The position numbers and the translations under genes are program-made. DNA of 59,887 bases, taken from IMG/VR virus record IMGVR_UViG_3300018017_000005, positions 1 through 59,887 of that record, one strand, 5' to 3'. The notes below the pieces were generated by a model. That model saw only the letters and a list, made by a program, of their open reading frames with translations. It searched no databases and was not told the origin of the DNA. Numbering within the stretch: position 1 is the stretch's first letter; the number at the start of each line of letters is the position of its first letter. This document shows positions 46,332 to 56,748 of this stretch, one piece after another. The DNA comes from a virus (lineage: Duplodnaviria; Caudoviricetes).

Positions 46332-47361
46332 AGCAGAGATTCTAAGGGTCATTGACAAATATCTCGAGCGCGTCAGCCCGACGGGCTCCGATAACGTCAT
46401 GGCCCTATGCCCATTCCACGGAGAAGACACTCCCTCCTTTGCAATGAATACAACAAACGGGGTGTACTTCTGCCACGCGTGCCACGCAAAAGGGAATTTA
46501 CTAACCTTTTTACGTGGCGTAGGAGTGTCCAGGCAGCTCATCGATATCCAGTACAAAGAGGTTATCGAAGAGGCCAGACGCTATACACCCCCAGGACCTA
46601 ATCCACTCGACCCAGGAGTAAGAGACCTAGCGCCTATACCCGAAGGCACTCTTGGGCTTTTTGACGGCTATACAATCCCAAGTTTACTCAATGATGGGTA
46701 TGCAGAATCCACGTTGTGCCACTTTGACGTTGGATATGACCGCTGGCATCAACGAATTACCTATCCGATACGTGACGTACAGGGAAAGATTGTAGGAATT
46801 AGCGGTAGGGCGATTCACCCCGACGTAAAACCGAAGTACAAAATCTATAACCGAGAGTACGTCACATGGAATTTGCCTGAGCGTGGTCCATGGGATCGCC
46901 GTAAGGTCCTGTATAACCTACATAATGTTCTACCCACGATGCTCACGCATCAAAAAGCAGACAGCTACATCGTAATCGTCGAGGGGTTCAAGGCGTGCAT
47001 GTGGCTCTGGCAATCAGGCATAAAGAATGTGGTGGCTCTCCTCGGCTCTTATTTTTCTTGGGAGCACCGTTGGTTCATAGAGAAATTCCACGGCGCGGCG
47101 TATTTCTTCTTGGATAATAACTATGCTGGAACGCGAGGTACATACCAAGCAAGCCAGTCCTTACTTAAAACGCCAATACGTAAAAACGAAGAAGTATACG
47201 GTAGCGTCTTGGACCTTTTTGTGGTGGAGTACCCTGAGCGCCTTCAATGCGCGGAGGACGCACAGCCTGATAGCCTAACACCGGAAGAAGTTAGAACGCA
47301 GCTTTTTAAAGCCTTACCTTACCAAAATTGGCTTAGCAAAAAGACGGGCGATGCCCACTAA
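46318..47361 (+). CDS. dnaG: DNA primase (CHC2 zinc finger plus TOPRIM)
   Basis: CPFH..CHAC, GISGR, PKY, IVEG and FFLDNN motifs. Confidence 0.88.
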   Translation: MLDIRAEILRVIDKYLERVSPTGSDNVMALCPFHGEDTPSFAMNTTNGVYFCHACHAKGNLLTFLRGVGVSRQLIDIQYKEVIEEARRYTPPGPNPLDPGVRDLAPIPEGTLGLFDGYTIPSLLNDGYAESTLCHFDVGYDRWHQRITYPIRDVQGKIVGISGRAIHPDVKPKYKIYNREYVTWNLPERGPWDRRKVLYNLHNVLPTMLTHQKADSYIVIVEGFKACMWLWQSGIKNVVALLGSYFSWEHRWFIEKFHGAAYFFLDNNYAGTRGTYQASQSLLKTPIRKNEEVYGSVLDLFVVEYPERLQCAEDAQPDSLTPEEVRTQLFKALPYQNWLSKKTGDAH

Positions 47362-47382
47362 GACGACCTGAGGGTCAAAGGA

Positions 47383-48786
47383 TTGAACATGCCTGGTTTT
47401 GGAAAAGATCCCAATGATTTGAACAGGGTAATCCCCTTCGGTGGGGGTACTATGAGTCAACGCGAGCGCTACTTCGCACAGCAGGAAGCCAAGGCTCGTG
47501 AGAACCGAAAAGCGGGGGGCAACGCTCCGTTTTGGAAAGACACGTTTCGTCTTCCCAAAGACCACACGCGCATGGGACGACTCATTCCCGGAAAGTACCC
47601 CATCAAGTACACGCTGGATGGCGAAACTCTGGTAGACGACATGCTCGAATACGTCGAGTTTGTTGAGCACCGAGATACCGCATCCAAGAAAACGGCTATT
47701 TGCAGTGCGGGCCCCTTCCGTCGCGTAAAAGGAAAACGAGAAGAATGCCTCGGCTGTGATAAGTACTGGGCGGACAAAGACCACATGTCCATGACCATGA
47801 CCACTCGCTATGCCTTTAATTGGTTCGACTATGGCTTGTGGCTCAAGCTGCCCAGCGGCAATACAAACCCTACTACAGGACAACCTTACGTAGACTGGGT
47901 ACCTGTTCCGCCGAATGACTCACGCGTGAGTCAGTATGAGTCCAAGTGGGGCAATTATTTACCTTGGGTAATGCCCTTTACTCACAAGAAGCAGCTCGTA
48001 GGCTTCGCCGAGCTGACTATCAACAATGACTGCGCCACGTGTGGCGGACAGACCACAATTTCCTTGCTGGGTAAATTGTGCGGCAACCCACAATGCCGAG
48101 CCATCTTCTGCGACATGCGCGGAGGCTACCCAGTAGATCGAACCGGTAAGCCCCTGGATGCTCCCGAGCTTGCGGCGCTGTCAGAGCTCATTAAATGCGA
48201 CGTATGCGGCTACGAAGGTTACGTGATCGAGATTCTTAACTGCCGAAACTGCCAGCAAAGCGGCGCCACGCCTAAACGCGCTACGATTTTCGACGAAGAT
48301 CTGGAAGTCATTGCGCAACTGGACGGTAAAGGCGACTCAACCAAGCTTACTGTCCTGAATAGGTCCAACCCACGACCCATTCAAGCACCTGATAATATCG
48401 TGCAGCAGCTGAAGCCGTTGCCGCTCGACAAGAAGTTCACTCCAAGTACAATTCAGCAGCAGGCTGCCACCTGGAATATACGGTTGGGCAATCCTGCGAC
48501 AGGGGCGCCGTCGGCTTCCACCCCCTTCTATAATCCGCAGCAGGCGCCCTACACACCGCCTTTCGCACCACCGCCGCAGGCCATGCCAGGCGCCATTCCT
48601 GGGATGACTCAGCAGCCCTTCCCCGTGCCTGCAATGGGCACACCGCAACCAATGGCCATCCCCTTCGGACAGCCCATGAGCAGTCCAGGAATGGGTACGT
48701 CTACAAATCCGCAAAACCCCACTCCATTTGGTGGCGGATTCCAGGCGCCTACCTTCTGGAATCCTGGCAATAACCAGAACCAATAA
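47383..48786 (+). CDS. Probable single-stranded DNA-binding protein with Zn ribbons and a Pro/Gln-rich tail
   Basis: Lies between primase and Pol and is followed by a terminator. Has a gp32-like GRLIPG..H..C..C region and several CxxC motifs. Confidence 0.55.
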   Translation: MNMPGFGKDPNDLNRVIPFGGGTMSQRERYFAQQEAKARENRKAGGNAPFWKDTFRLPKDHTRMGRLIPGKYPIKYTLDGETLVDDMLEYVEFVEHRDTASKKTAICSAGPFRRVKGKREECLGCDKYWADKDHMSMTMTTRYAFNWFDYGLWLKLPSGNTNPTTGQPYVDWVPVPPNDSRVSQYESKWGNYLPWVMPFTHKKQLVGFAELTINNDCATCGGQTTISLLGKLCGNPQCRAIFCDMRGGYPVDRTGKPLDAPELAALSELIKCDVCGYEGYVIEILNCRNCQQSGATPKRATIFDEDLEVIAQLDGKGDSTKLTVLNRSNPRPIQAPDNIVQQLKPLPLDKKFTPSTIQQQAATWNIRLGNPATGAPSASTPFYNPQQAPYTPPFAPPPQAMPGAIPGMTQQPFPVPAMGTPQPMAIPFGQPMSSPGMGTSTNPQNPTPFGGGFQAPTFWNPGNNQNQ

Positions 48787-48794
48787 TACGGAGG

Positions 48795-48822
48795 AAGGCC
48801 CGTCGTAACGACGGGCCTTTTT
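48795..48822 (+). terminator. Intrinsic terminator
   Basis: AAGGCCCGTCG-TAA-CGACGGGCCTT followed by a T-run. Confidence 0.85.
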
Positions 48823-48833
48823 ACTGTCAATTT

Positions 48834-51800
48834 ATGTGGAACATCAATGCGCCCACAGCGCAGTATCTAGGGCATACCTACCCGACGCTTCCGACACGTC
48901 CAGTAACCAGTCCCTTCGAGATTCAACGCGTAATTAACGAGGTTTACAACTCGCCGTTCGTGGCAATCGATACAGAGACCACAGGGCTTGTGCAATGGCA
49001 AGATGTGCCGCTTTACTGGTCTCTTGCTTGGGGTAACCAACGAGCTACGTTACACGCGGATTTACTACCATACTTCGACGTTTGCTTTAACAACCCAAAC
49101 ATCACTTGGGTGCTAGCAAACGCCAAATACGACATGCACATCTTGGCCAATTACGGACATATCCTCGTAGGTATGTGGCGGGATGTCCAAGTTATGCACG
49201 GCCTTCTATTCGATCACCTCCCGCACAGGCTGAAGTTCATCGCGCAGCAACTACTCAATTGGACGTGGGGTGACTTCCAGGACCAATTTGGAAAGATCAC
49301 TAAGAAACAAACCCCAAGGCAATTGATAGAAAAAGCCGAACAAGAAAACTTCGGTCTGTTGGTCGAATACGCAGCGAACGACGCTTGGGGGACGCTGAAG
49401 GTCTACGAGGCTTTGGAAGCGATGCTCAGGCACGAAGCTACCTTCTCCTTGTTCCGCAAACACCCACCGTACATTGATACATTGTGGGACTATTTCACAA
49501 AGGTAGAATCACCGTTTACTCGCTCACTGTGGAAGATGGAACGTAGGGGTGTAAAGATCGACCGTGCCCGCTTTGCTGCTGCAAAGCCAGAAGCGGAGAA
49601 AAAGCTCGATCAAATATCCCGAGATATGACTCGCTTAGCAGGATTTCCCTTGAACCCCAATTCCCCTGCGCAAGTCGCCAAGTACATGGATTCACAGGGG
49701 TACAAGCCCATTAAATGGACTAAAGGGGGTAAATACGGGGTAAGAAAACCCTCATGGGACGCCGACGTGCTGGAGCACTACGACGAAGACCCCGTTGTCG
49801 AGCTTATTCTTGAGCAACACGCCTATTCTAAGCTTTACGGAACCTATATCGTCGGCTTGGACGAGATGGTTGACCCATTCGATAGGATTCACTCTAGCTT
49901 TAATCAAACACCGCGTACTGGTCGCATATCCAGCAGTACGCCCAACCTGCAAAATTTACCTCGAGCGGAAAATGACCACTGGAATTTAAGAAGCGCATTC
50001 ATCGCAGAACCTGGATGTAAAATCATTGATTTCGATTTTAACCAGTTAGAGATGCGCCTTCTTGCCGCCGGAGCCGAAGAGCAAACTATGGTGGATATCT
50101 TCTTGCGCGGTTGGGATATCCATGCGGGCAACGCAGCTATGATGTTCAACGGAAACTATGAGGACATCAACGCGGCGAAAGACTTACTCAAGAAAATAGA
50201 CAAACTGAAGCTATCACCTGCCGATACGCTAACCGAGTGCGAGTCCGAAAGCCCTGGTATAAGCACCAGAGCTACAGCTGCAGGTAAGTCTTTACTAGGA
50301 TATTTGCACCAATGTGCAGAGGATAGAACTGGGGCAAAGAGTGTCGGCTTCGGGCTAAATTACGGTCTTGGACCAAAGAAACTAGCCAGGCAAATAAAGA
50401 CATCTCAAGCGGATGCCGTGCAGAAGATCGCACTGTACAAAGGCACATACCCAGCCGTAGAAGCCTTCATGAAAGAATCCGTAGAAGAAGGCCGCAGAAC
50501 AGGATTTGCTTTTACTGTAATGGGTAGACGCCGTAATATCCCGATGATTGCTTCTACGATTAAAGGGGAGCAGGCGTTAGGAGAAAGACTTGCCACGAAT
50601 ACCAGGATACAAGGATGCCTACCCGCACATGTGCGAATTTTAACGAAAGATGGATACCTACCAATTAAACAAGCGCCTGAGCTAGGCATCGCGTGGACAG
50701 GTACAGACTTCGCTCCTTACAGGAAGTTGGATAGAGGACCGTCAGAGCTGGCAGAACTGCACCTCAGTAATGGTCAAACACTTGATTGTGACGTACGGCA
50801 TAAGGTGCTTACTGTTGGCACACAGGCTTATGAATTTAAGCATTTTGACGATCTTCGAGAAGGGGATCAAATCTGTACAAGCCTAGCGCGCCCTCTGGAA
50901 TTCGGAAGTAACAATGTGCATGCGGTTCACATGTATTGGATGGGCTTTATGCTGGGTAATGCCTATACAAGCAAGGGCCCAGACCACAGAAATGCGCTAT
51001 CTGTAACCTTTGGCGACAGGTGCAACCGGTACGAGAAAGAAGTACGCGCTAAAGAGTATGTCAATTATATTAATCAAGCATTTGGAATAGCTACCCAAAA
51101 ACCTCGTGTACAAGAAGGCAAAATAACCATCGTTGTAGAAAGCGCTGGTGTGCGCCAATTCTACGAATCGCTAGGATACCCATGGGGCAAAACGGCCGAA
51201 GTTAAGACAGCACCTACAACGGTATGGACCGCGTGTCTAGAAGGAAGAAAATCCTTCTTATTGGGTATGCTAGACGCGGATGGACATTTGCACGCGACCA
51301 GCCCCAACATTCATTTATGTCAACGCCCGTTACTTCACGAGCTGCTTATTCTATTTCGCACTTGCGGTATAGAAGGAACACTACGCGACTTAGCCGATGG
51401 CTCCTACAGGCTTGATCTAGTGGGTAGCCAATGCGCTAGACACCTCAGCTACGGTAGCATACGCCGTAATACTATTCCTATGCCGGCGCCTAAGTGTGTC
51501 TATAAACGCTTTTTAACAGATGCCCCAGGCACAACGCTATCCCATACTGTTCTTCGCTCTAGGGTCCGTAGGGGCGGACACATTGGTGTCTACACGATAG
51601 CCGCCATGTACGAAAATAGCGGGTTACTCTTACCCACACTTTATGCGTCGCGCGCATTGGTACGAAAGGAACGGCTAGGAAAGGTAGATACTACATACAC
51701 CCTTTCAGTACAAGATCCAGGGCACCGTTTTGATTCTGAGGGAGTTATCAGTCAAAACAGTGCAGCAGAAGTAACTAAGATGGCGCAGCTGGCTATCGAC

Positions 51801-52001
51801 ACCGTAGGCTTGGATACACTGTTTAACTGCCACATCGAGCTACAAGTACATGACGAGCTGGTTTTTGAATGCCCCGAAGAGAACGTAGCTAGGGTTATGC
51901 CAGAAATCAAAGAATTGATGGAACATCCGTTCTCCATCGATCTTATCTGCCCACTGAAGGTAGAAGGTGGCTTTGCGAATAGCTGGGGAGAGGCAAAATG
52001 A
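48834..52001 (+). CDS. polA: Family A DNA polymerase with 3'-5' exonuclease and an intein
   Basis: Exonuclease DTET/NAKYD/YAAND; TGRISSSTPNLQNLP; motif A DFNQLEMR; motif B R..AKSVGFGLNYG; motif C VHDEL. Confidence 0.95.
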   Translation: MWNINAPTAQYLGHTYPTLPTRPVTSPFEIQRVINEVYNSPFVAIDTETTGLVQWQDVPLYWSLAWGNQRATLHADLLPYFDVCFNNPNITWVLANAKYDMHILANYGHILVGMWRDVQVMHGLLFDHLPHRLKFIAQQLLNWTWGDFQDQFGKITKKQTPRQLIEKAEQENFGLLVEYAANDAWGTLKVYEALEAMLRHEATFSLFRKHPPYIDTLWDYFTKVESPFTRSLWKMERRGVKIDRARFAAAKPEAEKKLDQISRDMTRLAGFPLNPNSPAQVAKYMDSQGYKPIKWTKGGKYGVRKPSWDADVLEHYDEDPVVELILEQHAYSKLYGTYIVGLDEMVDPFDRIHSSFNQTPRTGRISSSTPNLQNLPRAENDHWNLRSAFIAEPGCKIIDFDFNQLEMRLLAAGAEEQTMVDIFLRGWDIHAGNAAMMFNGNYEDINAAKDLLKKIDKLKLSPADTLTECESESPGISTRATAAGKSLLGYLHQCAEDRTGAKSVGFGLNYGLGPKKLARQIKTSQADAVQKIALYKGTYPAVEAFMKESVEEGRRTGFAFTVMGRRRNIPMIASTIKGEQALGERLATNTRIQGCLPAHVRILTKDGYLPIKQAPELGIAWTGTDFAPYRKLDRGPSELAELHLSNGQTLDCDVRHKVLTVGTQAYEFKHFDDLREGDQICTSLARPLEFGSNNVHAVHMYWMGFMLGNAYTSKGPDHRNALSVTFGDRCNRYEKEVRAKEYVNYINQAFGIATQKPRVQEGKITIVVESAGVRQFYESLGYPWGKTAEVKTAPTTVWTACLEGRKSFLLGMLDADGHLHATSPNIHLCQRPLLHELLILFRTCGIEGTLRDLADGSYRLDLVGSQCARHLSYGSIRRNTIPMPAPKCVYKRFLTDAPGTTLSHTVLRSRVRRGGHIGVYTIAAMYENSGLLLPTLYASRALVRKERLGKVDTTYTLSVQDPGHRFDSEGVISQNSAAEVTKMAQLAIDTVGLDTLFNCHIELQVHDELVFECPEENVARVMPEIKELMEHPFSIDLICPLKVEGGFANSWGEAK
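50616..51758 (+). mobile_element. Intein (381 aa) with LAGLIDADG endonuclease in PolA
   Basis: IQG|CLPAHVRILT...GVISQN|SAA; removal restores NTRIQGSAAE. LAGLIDADG blocks WMGFMLGNA and LLGMLDADG. Confidence 0.92.
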
Positions 52002-52459
52002 GCCCTCAGGGGTATAAGCTGGCGCTGGACACCATGGTCTCTGAGCGCTCTGGGGTTTATCGTCACGTTGTTGCAAAAATCACTACAGCCTTTATCGACG
52101 TCTTGACGGAGCACTTGCTGGAATACAATGAGGTATTCATTCCTAATTTCGGCAAGCTGCGCGCTGTGATCCGTAAAGGGCGTAACACGCGCAGTATCGT
52201 CTCGCATACAACCGGTAAGTCACTAGGCCCTCCCCGTGGCGAAGAAGTGATTATATACTTCTCCAAGTCCGTTCGACTCGCCGCAGCGCATCGCAAGCTG
52301 TTCAAGGAGAAAAACAATGGAAAAGTATGCAGTCCGCGAGGACGTGAATCAGGAGCACTTGGAGAAAATCGCATCTCAAGGCTGCCCGAAGTGCGGAAAA
52401 AGTCTGGAAAAGCACGGACGTGTGCTTCGGTGCCCGATTCACGGGACGGAACCGTTTGA
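51998..52459 (+). CDS. HU/IHF-like DNA-binding protein
   Basis: Helical N-terminus, VFIPNFGKL, arm RKGRNTR, YFSKS..L. The C-terminal ~45 aa overlap the next ORF. Confidence 0.7.
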   Translation: MSPQGYKLALDTMVSERSGVYRHVVAKITTAFIDVLTEHLLEYNEVFIPNFGKLRAVIRKGRNTRSIVSHTTGKSLGPPRGEEVIIYFSKSVRLAAAHRKLFKEKNNGKVCSPRGRESGALGENRISRLPEVRKKSGKARTCASVPDSRDGTV

Positions 52460-52505
52460 AGGAGCCGAATGGCAACCAAAAGAAATGCAAGGAAAGCAGC
52501 AGTAA
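52317..52505 (+). CDS. Small zinc-ribbon protein (62 aa)
   Basis: SD AAGGAG; CPKC...CPIH; contains LEKIAS. Confidence 0.65.
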   Translation: MEKYAVREDVNQEHLEKIASQGCPKCGKSLEKHGRVLRCPIHGTEPFEGAEWQPKEMQGKQQ

Positions 52506-53821
52506 AGCCCCCGGCGAAGAATAAGGGCGTAGCCCTTCCAACTGCTTCAGAGGTAGCAAATCCTATCGCCGGTGGGCAACTTGCCCCAAATGAAACGTTT
52601 ACCCGTGCAACGGACAAAACGTTTGCGGATAAAATCAAGATCCTGAACGAGCTTCGGCAAAAAAACCCCAACACATTTGTTCGTTCTGAGGATTTAGAGA
52701 ACCCCTATCTTCTACGCCGCCCTACTGGAATTATCGAGCTGGATATTCATCTAGGGGGCGGCTTCCCCGCCGGGGGTGCTTGTACCTTGTCAGGCCCGTA
52801 TGGGGCAGGCAAGAGCTGGCTCTTGTGGCGGCTATTTGCCATGCAGCAGCGCATCTACGGCAACGAGTTCGTTGGGGCTATCGCTCACGTAGAAGGCGCG
52901 ATGCACCATGAGTGGATCCGTAGCCTAGGCTGCTTCATCGCCGTTCCTGATGGCGTTCTGAACGGCTGGAATGAGATCCGAAGACAGAGGGGCTACCCCG
53001 CGCTAAACGCCGAGGAGATCGCTTTCTGGAAGATGCAGATTGGTCACGTAGAGACCATCCAAGGTGACACAGGCGAAGAAATCCTTGCTGGCGTCCTAGG
53101 CCTTGTAGAACGAAACGTCTGCAGCGTTATCGGAGTAGATAGCATTTCTTCCTTACAGCCCATAGCCGACGCGGATAAGAACCTAGATGACGCCACGAAG
53201 CGTGCCGCGCATGCCATGATGATGAAGCAATTTTGGCTTAGATACGTGCCTCTTACGCGGCGAGGTAACAATACCACTAGCTTGCTCTTGGTTCAGCAGG
53301 TTGTGGCAAATGACATGTCTCGTATTCCCAGCTACATGCAGCAATACGCCAAAGAATGGGTCGTTCGCGGCGGGGAGTCAACGAAGCATCATAAGCTCAT
53401 CGATGTCGTCCTCTGGAACGGGTCTGTCCACAAAATACCTGCGCCGGGGAATCCAGCCGATAAGCTCGAAATCGGCAAAGAGGTTAAGTACAGCGTCCTA
53501 AAAGGAAAAGCGGGTACGCATGACAACATCCACGGGGATTTCAATTACTGGTACCAATTAAATGGGACAGATATGTACGGCGACCTTATTCGCTCTGCGC
53601 AATTGCGCAAAGTCATCGTACCGATAAACCTTGGGCACCGCATGGTGCTTAAGGTAATTAATGCCCAAACGCAGCAACCTGCAGACGATGGTAACGGCGG
53701 TGCTCTTGCATTCGACGAAGAAACAGATATAAGAAATCGCCTACAGCAGGATGTTCAGTTCGAATTCTTCGTGCGCCGTGAAGTACTGGCGGCTGCAGGA
53801 GTTCAATGCTTGTATCGCTGA
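52469..53821 (+). CDS. recA: RecA/UvsX-family recombinase
   Basis: PTGIIELDIHLGGGFPAG, Walker A GPYGAGKS, GVDSISSL, GGESTKH. Confidence 0.9.
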   Translation: MATKRNARKAAVKPPAKNKGVALPTASEVANPIAGGQLAPNETFTRATDKTFADKIKILNELRQKNPNTFVRSEDLENPYLLRRPTGIIELDIHLGGGFPAGGACTLSGPYGAGKSWLLWRLFAMQQRIYGNEFVGAIAHVEGAMHHEWIRSLGCFIAVPDGVLNGWNEIRRQRGYPALNAEEIAFWKMQIGHVETIQGDTGEEILAGVLGLVERNVCSVIGVDSISSLQPIADADKNLDDATKRAAHAMMMKQFWLRYVPLTRRGNNTTSLLLVQQVVANDMSRIPSYMQQYAKEWVVRGGESTKHHKLIDVVLWNGSVHKIPAPGNPADKLEIGKEVKYSVLKGKAGTHDNIHGDFNYWYQLNGTDMYGDLIRSAQLRKVIVPINLGHRMVLKVINAQTQQPADDGNGGALAFDEETDIRNRLQQDVQFEFFVRREVLAAAGVQCLYR

Positions 53822-54330
53822 GAATTACTCCTTCTATCCCCTCCCCAGCCTATATCACATATCCTATTACTCTCCATTTTGAGCTTGATGGAGCTACAGG
53901 AGAGTATCGTGGTTGCTGGGACGCCATTTCAAGCGCCGCACGCGAAAATAGAAGCATTTATGTTCAGCTCACGAAGCAGAGCACCCTAGCGGCAGCTATG
54001 CCCAATGCAAAACGGGTAAAGCGCGCTTCTATGAAACAAGAGCGTAGGATAGCCGAAGAATTAGGGGGTAGCCGTCAGCAGGGGTCTGGTTCTGTTCCTT
54101 GGCGCAAAGGGGATGGGAGGGTAAAAAACAAGTATCGAATTGAGAACAAATCCTGCTTTTCTAAAGGCATAAGAGTAGCGAGAACCGATTTATCCAAAAT
54201 TCGGTCTGAGTGCTCTTTAGGCGAAGTACCTCTATTCCAAATTAACTTTACGGATAGGGCAACTTGCCGCGTAGAGGATCAATGGATTCTTGTCCCATTC
54301 GAGCATTTCAAGGAGTTGGTTAACAAGTGA
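53806..54330 (+). CDS. PD-(D/E)xK Holliday-junction resolvase-like nuclease
   Basis: QERRIA, GSG...KGD and IENK motifs. Confidence 0.75.
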   Translation: MLVSLRITPSIPSPAYITYPITLHFELDGATGEYRGCWDAISSAARENRSIYVQLTKQSTLAAAMPNAKRVKRASMKQERRIAEELGGSRQQGSGSVPWRKGDGRVKNKYRIENKSCFSKGIRVARTDLSKIRSECSLGEVPLFQINFTDRATCRVEDQWILVPFEHFKELVNK

Positions 54331-54794
54331 GAACACAAGAAGAACTTGTTGCGCGCATGCGCGCTTCTGCACTAGATGATCTCTTTGGCTTCGCCAGGGA
54401 GGTTATCTTTCCCTTTCTCAGCCTAGAAAATGCCAAAGAGTTCACTAAGAAGCCAGAGCTGCTAACGCCTGAAACATGGACGCAACCGCGAGACGAAGAA
54501 GCCGTAAAAAAAGAGTTAGCTAGCTACATGGAATTTGCTTGGGGCAAAGTAGAAAACCATCGAGGTTTATCTGCAAATCGCAGCGTGACAAAGCTTTCCA
54601 CTTTGGTGTGGATACTAGGCGATGACATCACCTGCAAAGCTGTGCATGAGGCAGAATACGCTCAATACGGCGCGCCTATGCTAGCTATTATCTGCAAAGC
54701 CTACAATCTACCAATACCTCAAAACGAGGGTATTCAACGCATGATTAAAGGTCTTCCCTGCACAGACTCCTGCAGTGCCGGGTGCGGCGAATGA
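54327..54794 (+). CDS. Hypothetical protein (155 aa) with C-terminal C-x3-C-x3-C
   Basis: SD AAGGAG, GTG start, coupled overlaps. Confidence 0.7.
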   Translation: MRTQEELVARMRASALDDLFGFAREVIFPFLSLENAKEFTKKPELLTPETWTQPRDEEAVKKELASYMEFAWGKVENHRGLSANRSVTKLSTLVWILGDDITCKAVHEAEYAQYGAPMLAIICKAYNLPIPQNEGIQRMIKGLPCTDSCSAGCGE

Positions 54795-55354
54795 AGTACC
54801 GCGACATACCCCAATTTACGCGTCAGGCAGGATACGCCGTCGATGTCTCCTGGGATTACCTACCCGAGCATATCAAGCACTATCAAAATGATTACAAGCT
54901 TGACCTAGACCCTGATTTTCAACGTCCTCACGTCTGGGACGATACAAAGCGCACGCGCTACGTGGAGTACATACTCCGCGGCGGTATCTATGGCCGTGAT
55001 GTTTACTTGAACTGCACAGGCTGGGATTCGGATAGGATTGGGGCCTGTGTGCTCGTTGACGGTAAGCAGCGCATAGAAGCCGTTTGCCGCTTCTTGGACA
55101 ACAAGCTACCCATTTTTGGTGGTCATTACCGCCAAGATTTTGAGGATAGGCTGCGCATAACAGGTCCAAGCTTTAAGTGGCATGTTAACAGCTTAAAAAC
55201 ACGTGCCGAGGTCCTTTCCTGGTACTTAGACCTTAATTCAGGCGGTGTTGTTCATACCGAAGAAGAGCTAGACCGCGTGCGCCAGCTCCTCGAAGAAGAG
55301 AAAGCAAAGAATGCCCAGGCTACTAAGCATAGAGGACCTGTACGATCCAAATAA
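54791..55354 (+). CDS. DUF262 (ParB-like) domain protein
   Basis: PDFQRPHVW, VDGKQR and LNSGG motifs. Confidence 0.85.
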   Translation: MKYRDIPQFTRQAGYAVDVSWDYLPEHIKHYQNDYKLDLDPDFQRPHVWDDTKRTRYVEYILRGGIYGRDVYLNCTGWDSDRIGACVLVDGKQRIEAVCRFLDNKLPIFGGHYRQDFEDRLRITGPSFKWHVNSLKTRAEVLSWYLDLNSGGVVHTEEELDRVRQLLEEEKAKNAQATKHRGPVRSK

Positions 55355-56168
55355 CGATTGGAAGCCGTTACTGGATCACATCGCTTCCCTTGACCTGCTG
55401 TATAAACGATACAGGGCGGCACGAGAGCAGGCGCACACAGTAACAGTATTTTTTGGCGGTACTACAAGTAGGGCTCAAGGCCTTCATGCTTCTGAACTCT
55501 GTAAGTGCCTACGGCAGGCTACGTATTCGTTGCTAGGCACAGAGAAGCGGATCGATGCAGAGAATGCTGATGTCAATATGCTCATGCGCTTTGATATCGG
55601 CACACTCGTACACGCAATGCTTCAAACCGATTTTCATAGCATGTGCGGCCTAACCGACGGGCATCTACTCTTCGAAGATGAGGTAAAGATTAGCGCCCGC
55701 ACGAATGCCCTAGCTGCTCAATACCAATACGCGTCTCACTGCGACGGGATATTCACTTTTTTCGACCAAGGATTTAACCCGTATATTCGTATTGGTCTAG
55801 AGATCAAAACCATGAGTGGGCCGGAGTACGAGACCGCCAAAAAGCCTAAAGAAGAGCATATCGCGCAGGCAATGCTCTACCAGAAGGTGCTCGACCTACC
55901 ACTCATATGGTATCTCTACTACAACAAATCGAACAGCAACTTTGTCTCACCCCGCACGCCATGGCTTGTACCCTACGATAAGAACACATGGAACAGGATT
56001 GAGAGCCGTTCTCAGCAAGTTCATTTAGCGATCGCTCAGGGAGTATTGCCTGAGCGCGAGGAAGGAAGGCACTGTACCTGGTGCCCCTATCCATGGACAT
56101 GTGAACCGGCTTGCATTCGACGCACCGGTGGACGGCCCACCTCTATGGTACCTAGGAGATTAACCTAA
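55311..56168 (+). CDS. Cas4-like PD-(D/E)xK exonuclease
   Basis: HASEL.KC.R, GTLVH, HCDG, LEIKT, Q..LY and C-terminal CxxC...C. Confidence 0.82.
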   Translation: MPRLLSIEDLYDPNNDWKPLLDHIASLDLLYKRYRAAREQAHTVTVFFGGTTSRAQGLHASELCKCLRQATYSLLGTEKRIDAENADVNMLMRFDIGTLVHAMLQTDFHSMCGLTDGHLLFEDEVKISARTNALAAQYQYASHCDGIFTFFDQGFNPYIRIGLEIKTMSGPEYETAKKPKEEHIAQAMLYQKVLDLPLIWYLYYNKSNSNFVSPRTPWLVPYDKNTWNRIESRSQQVHLAIAQGVLPEREEGRHCTWCPYPWTCEPACIRRTGGRPTSMVPRRLT

Positions 56169-56169
56169 A

Positions 56170-56748
56170 ATGACACTACAAGTTCCTAGTAATTTAGGAC
56201 TTGGACAAAGCCAAGAAACTGCTACGCATACCAACTGGGATAGCTACGAAGATATAGCGAGATATCTATCTCTTCGTGGCTTTGCTCCTGTTGGTCAACC
56301 CGAATTCGCAAGACCTGTCATCGACCCGCGTTGGTACGCCAAGCTCGAAGGTGAGAATTACTCCATACTCATGGGGCAAATTGACAGATGGTTTGAGTAC
56401 ACGCGCTGTGTACAAGCTGAGCTTGAGGGTAGGCTAATTACGGTACAGAACGAGATGGAGATGATTGGAGTCGACCTCCGCGCGGCCTTTCGCCAAGAGG
56501 TAGAAGCCGGCTTACGAGAAAAAATGTCCGAAGCGGCTATGAAGGATTTAGTAAAGGAAAACACGAGGCATCGTGCCCTACTTAAATCCGAACAAGACTT
56601 GAAGATCGCACAGAAACAAGTAAACGCTATTCTTGAAAGCCTTGAGCGCTACGCCAAGGGGCTCAGCCGTCAGGTTACTGTCCGTGGGCAAGAAATGACT
56701 TTGACTCAAATGGACGCAGGGCGGGGACCACGTAGGCTAGTACCATGA
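56170..56748 (+). CDS. Coiled-coil protein, possible UvsY-like recombination mediator
   Basis: All-helical, SEAAMKD motif, located in the recombination cluster. Confidence 0.45.
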   Translation: MTLQVPSNLGLGQSQETATHTNWDSYEDIARYLSLRGFAPVGQPEFARPVIDPRWYAKLEGENYSILMGQIDRWFEYTRCVQAELEGRLITVQNEMEMIGVDLRAAFRQEVEAGLREKMSEAAMKDLVKENTRHRALLKSEQDLKIAQKQVNAILESLERYAKGLSRQVTVRGQEMTLTQMDAGRGPRRLVP

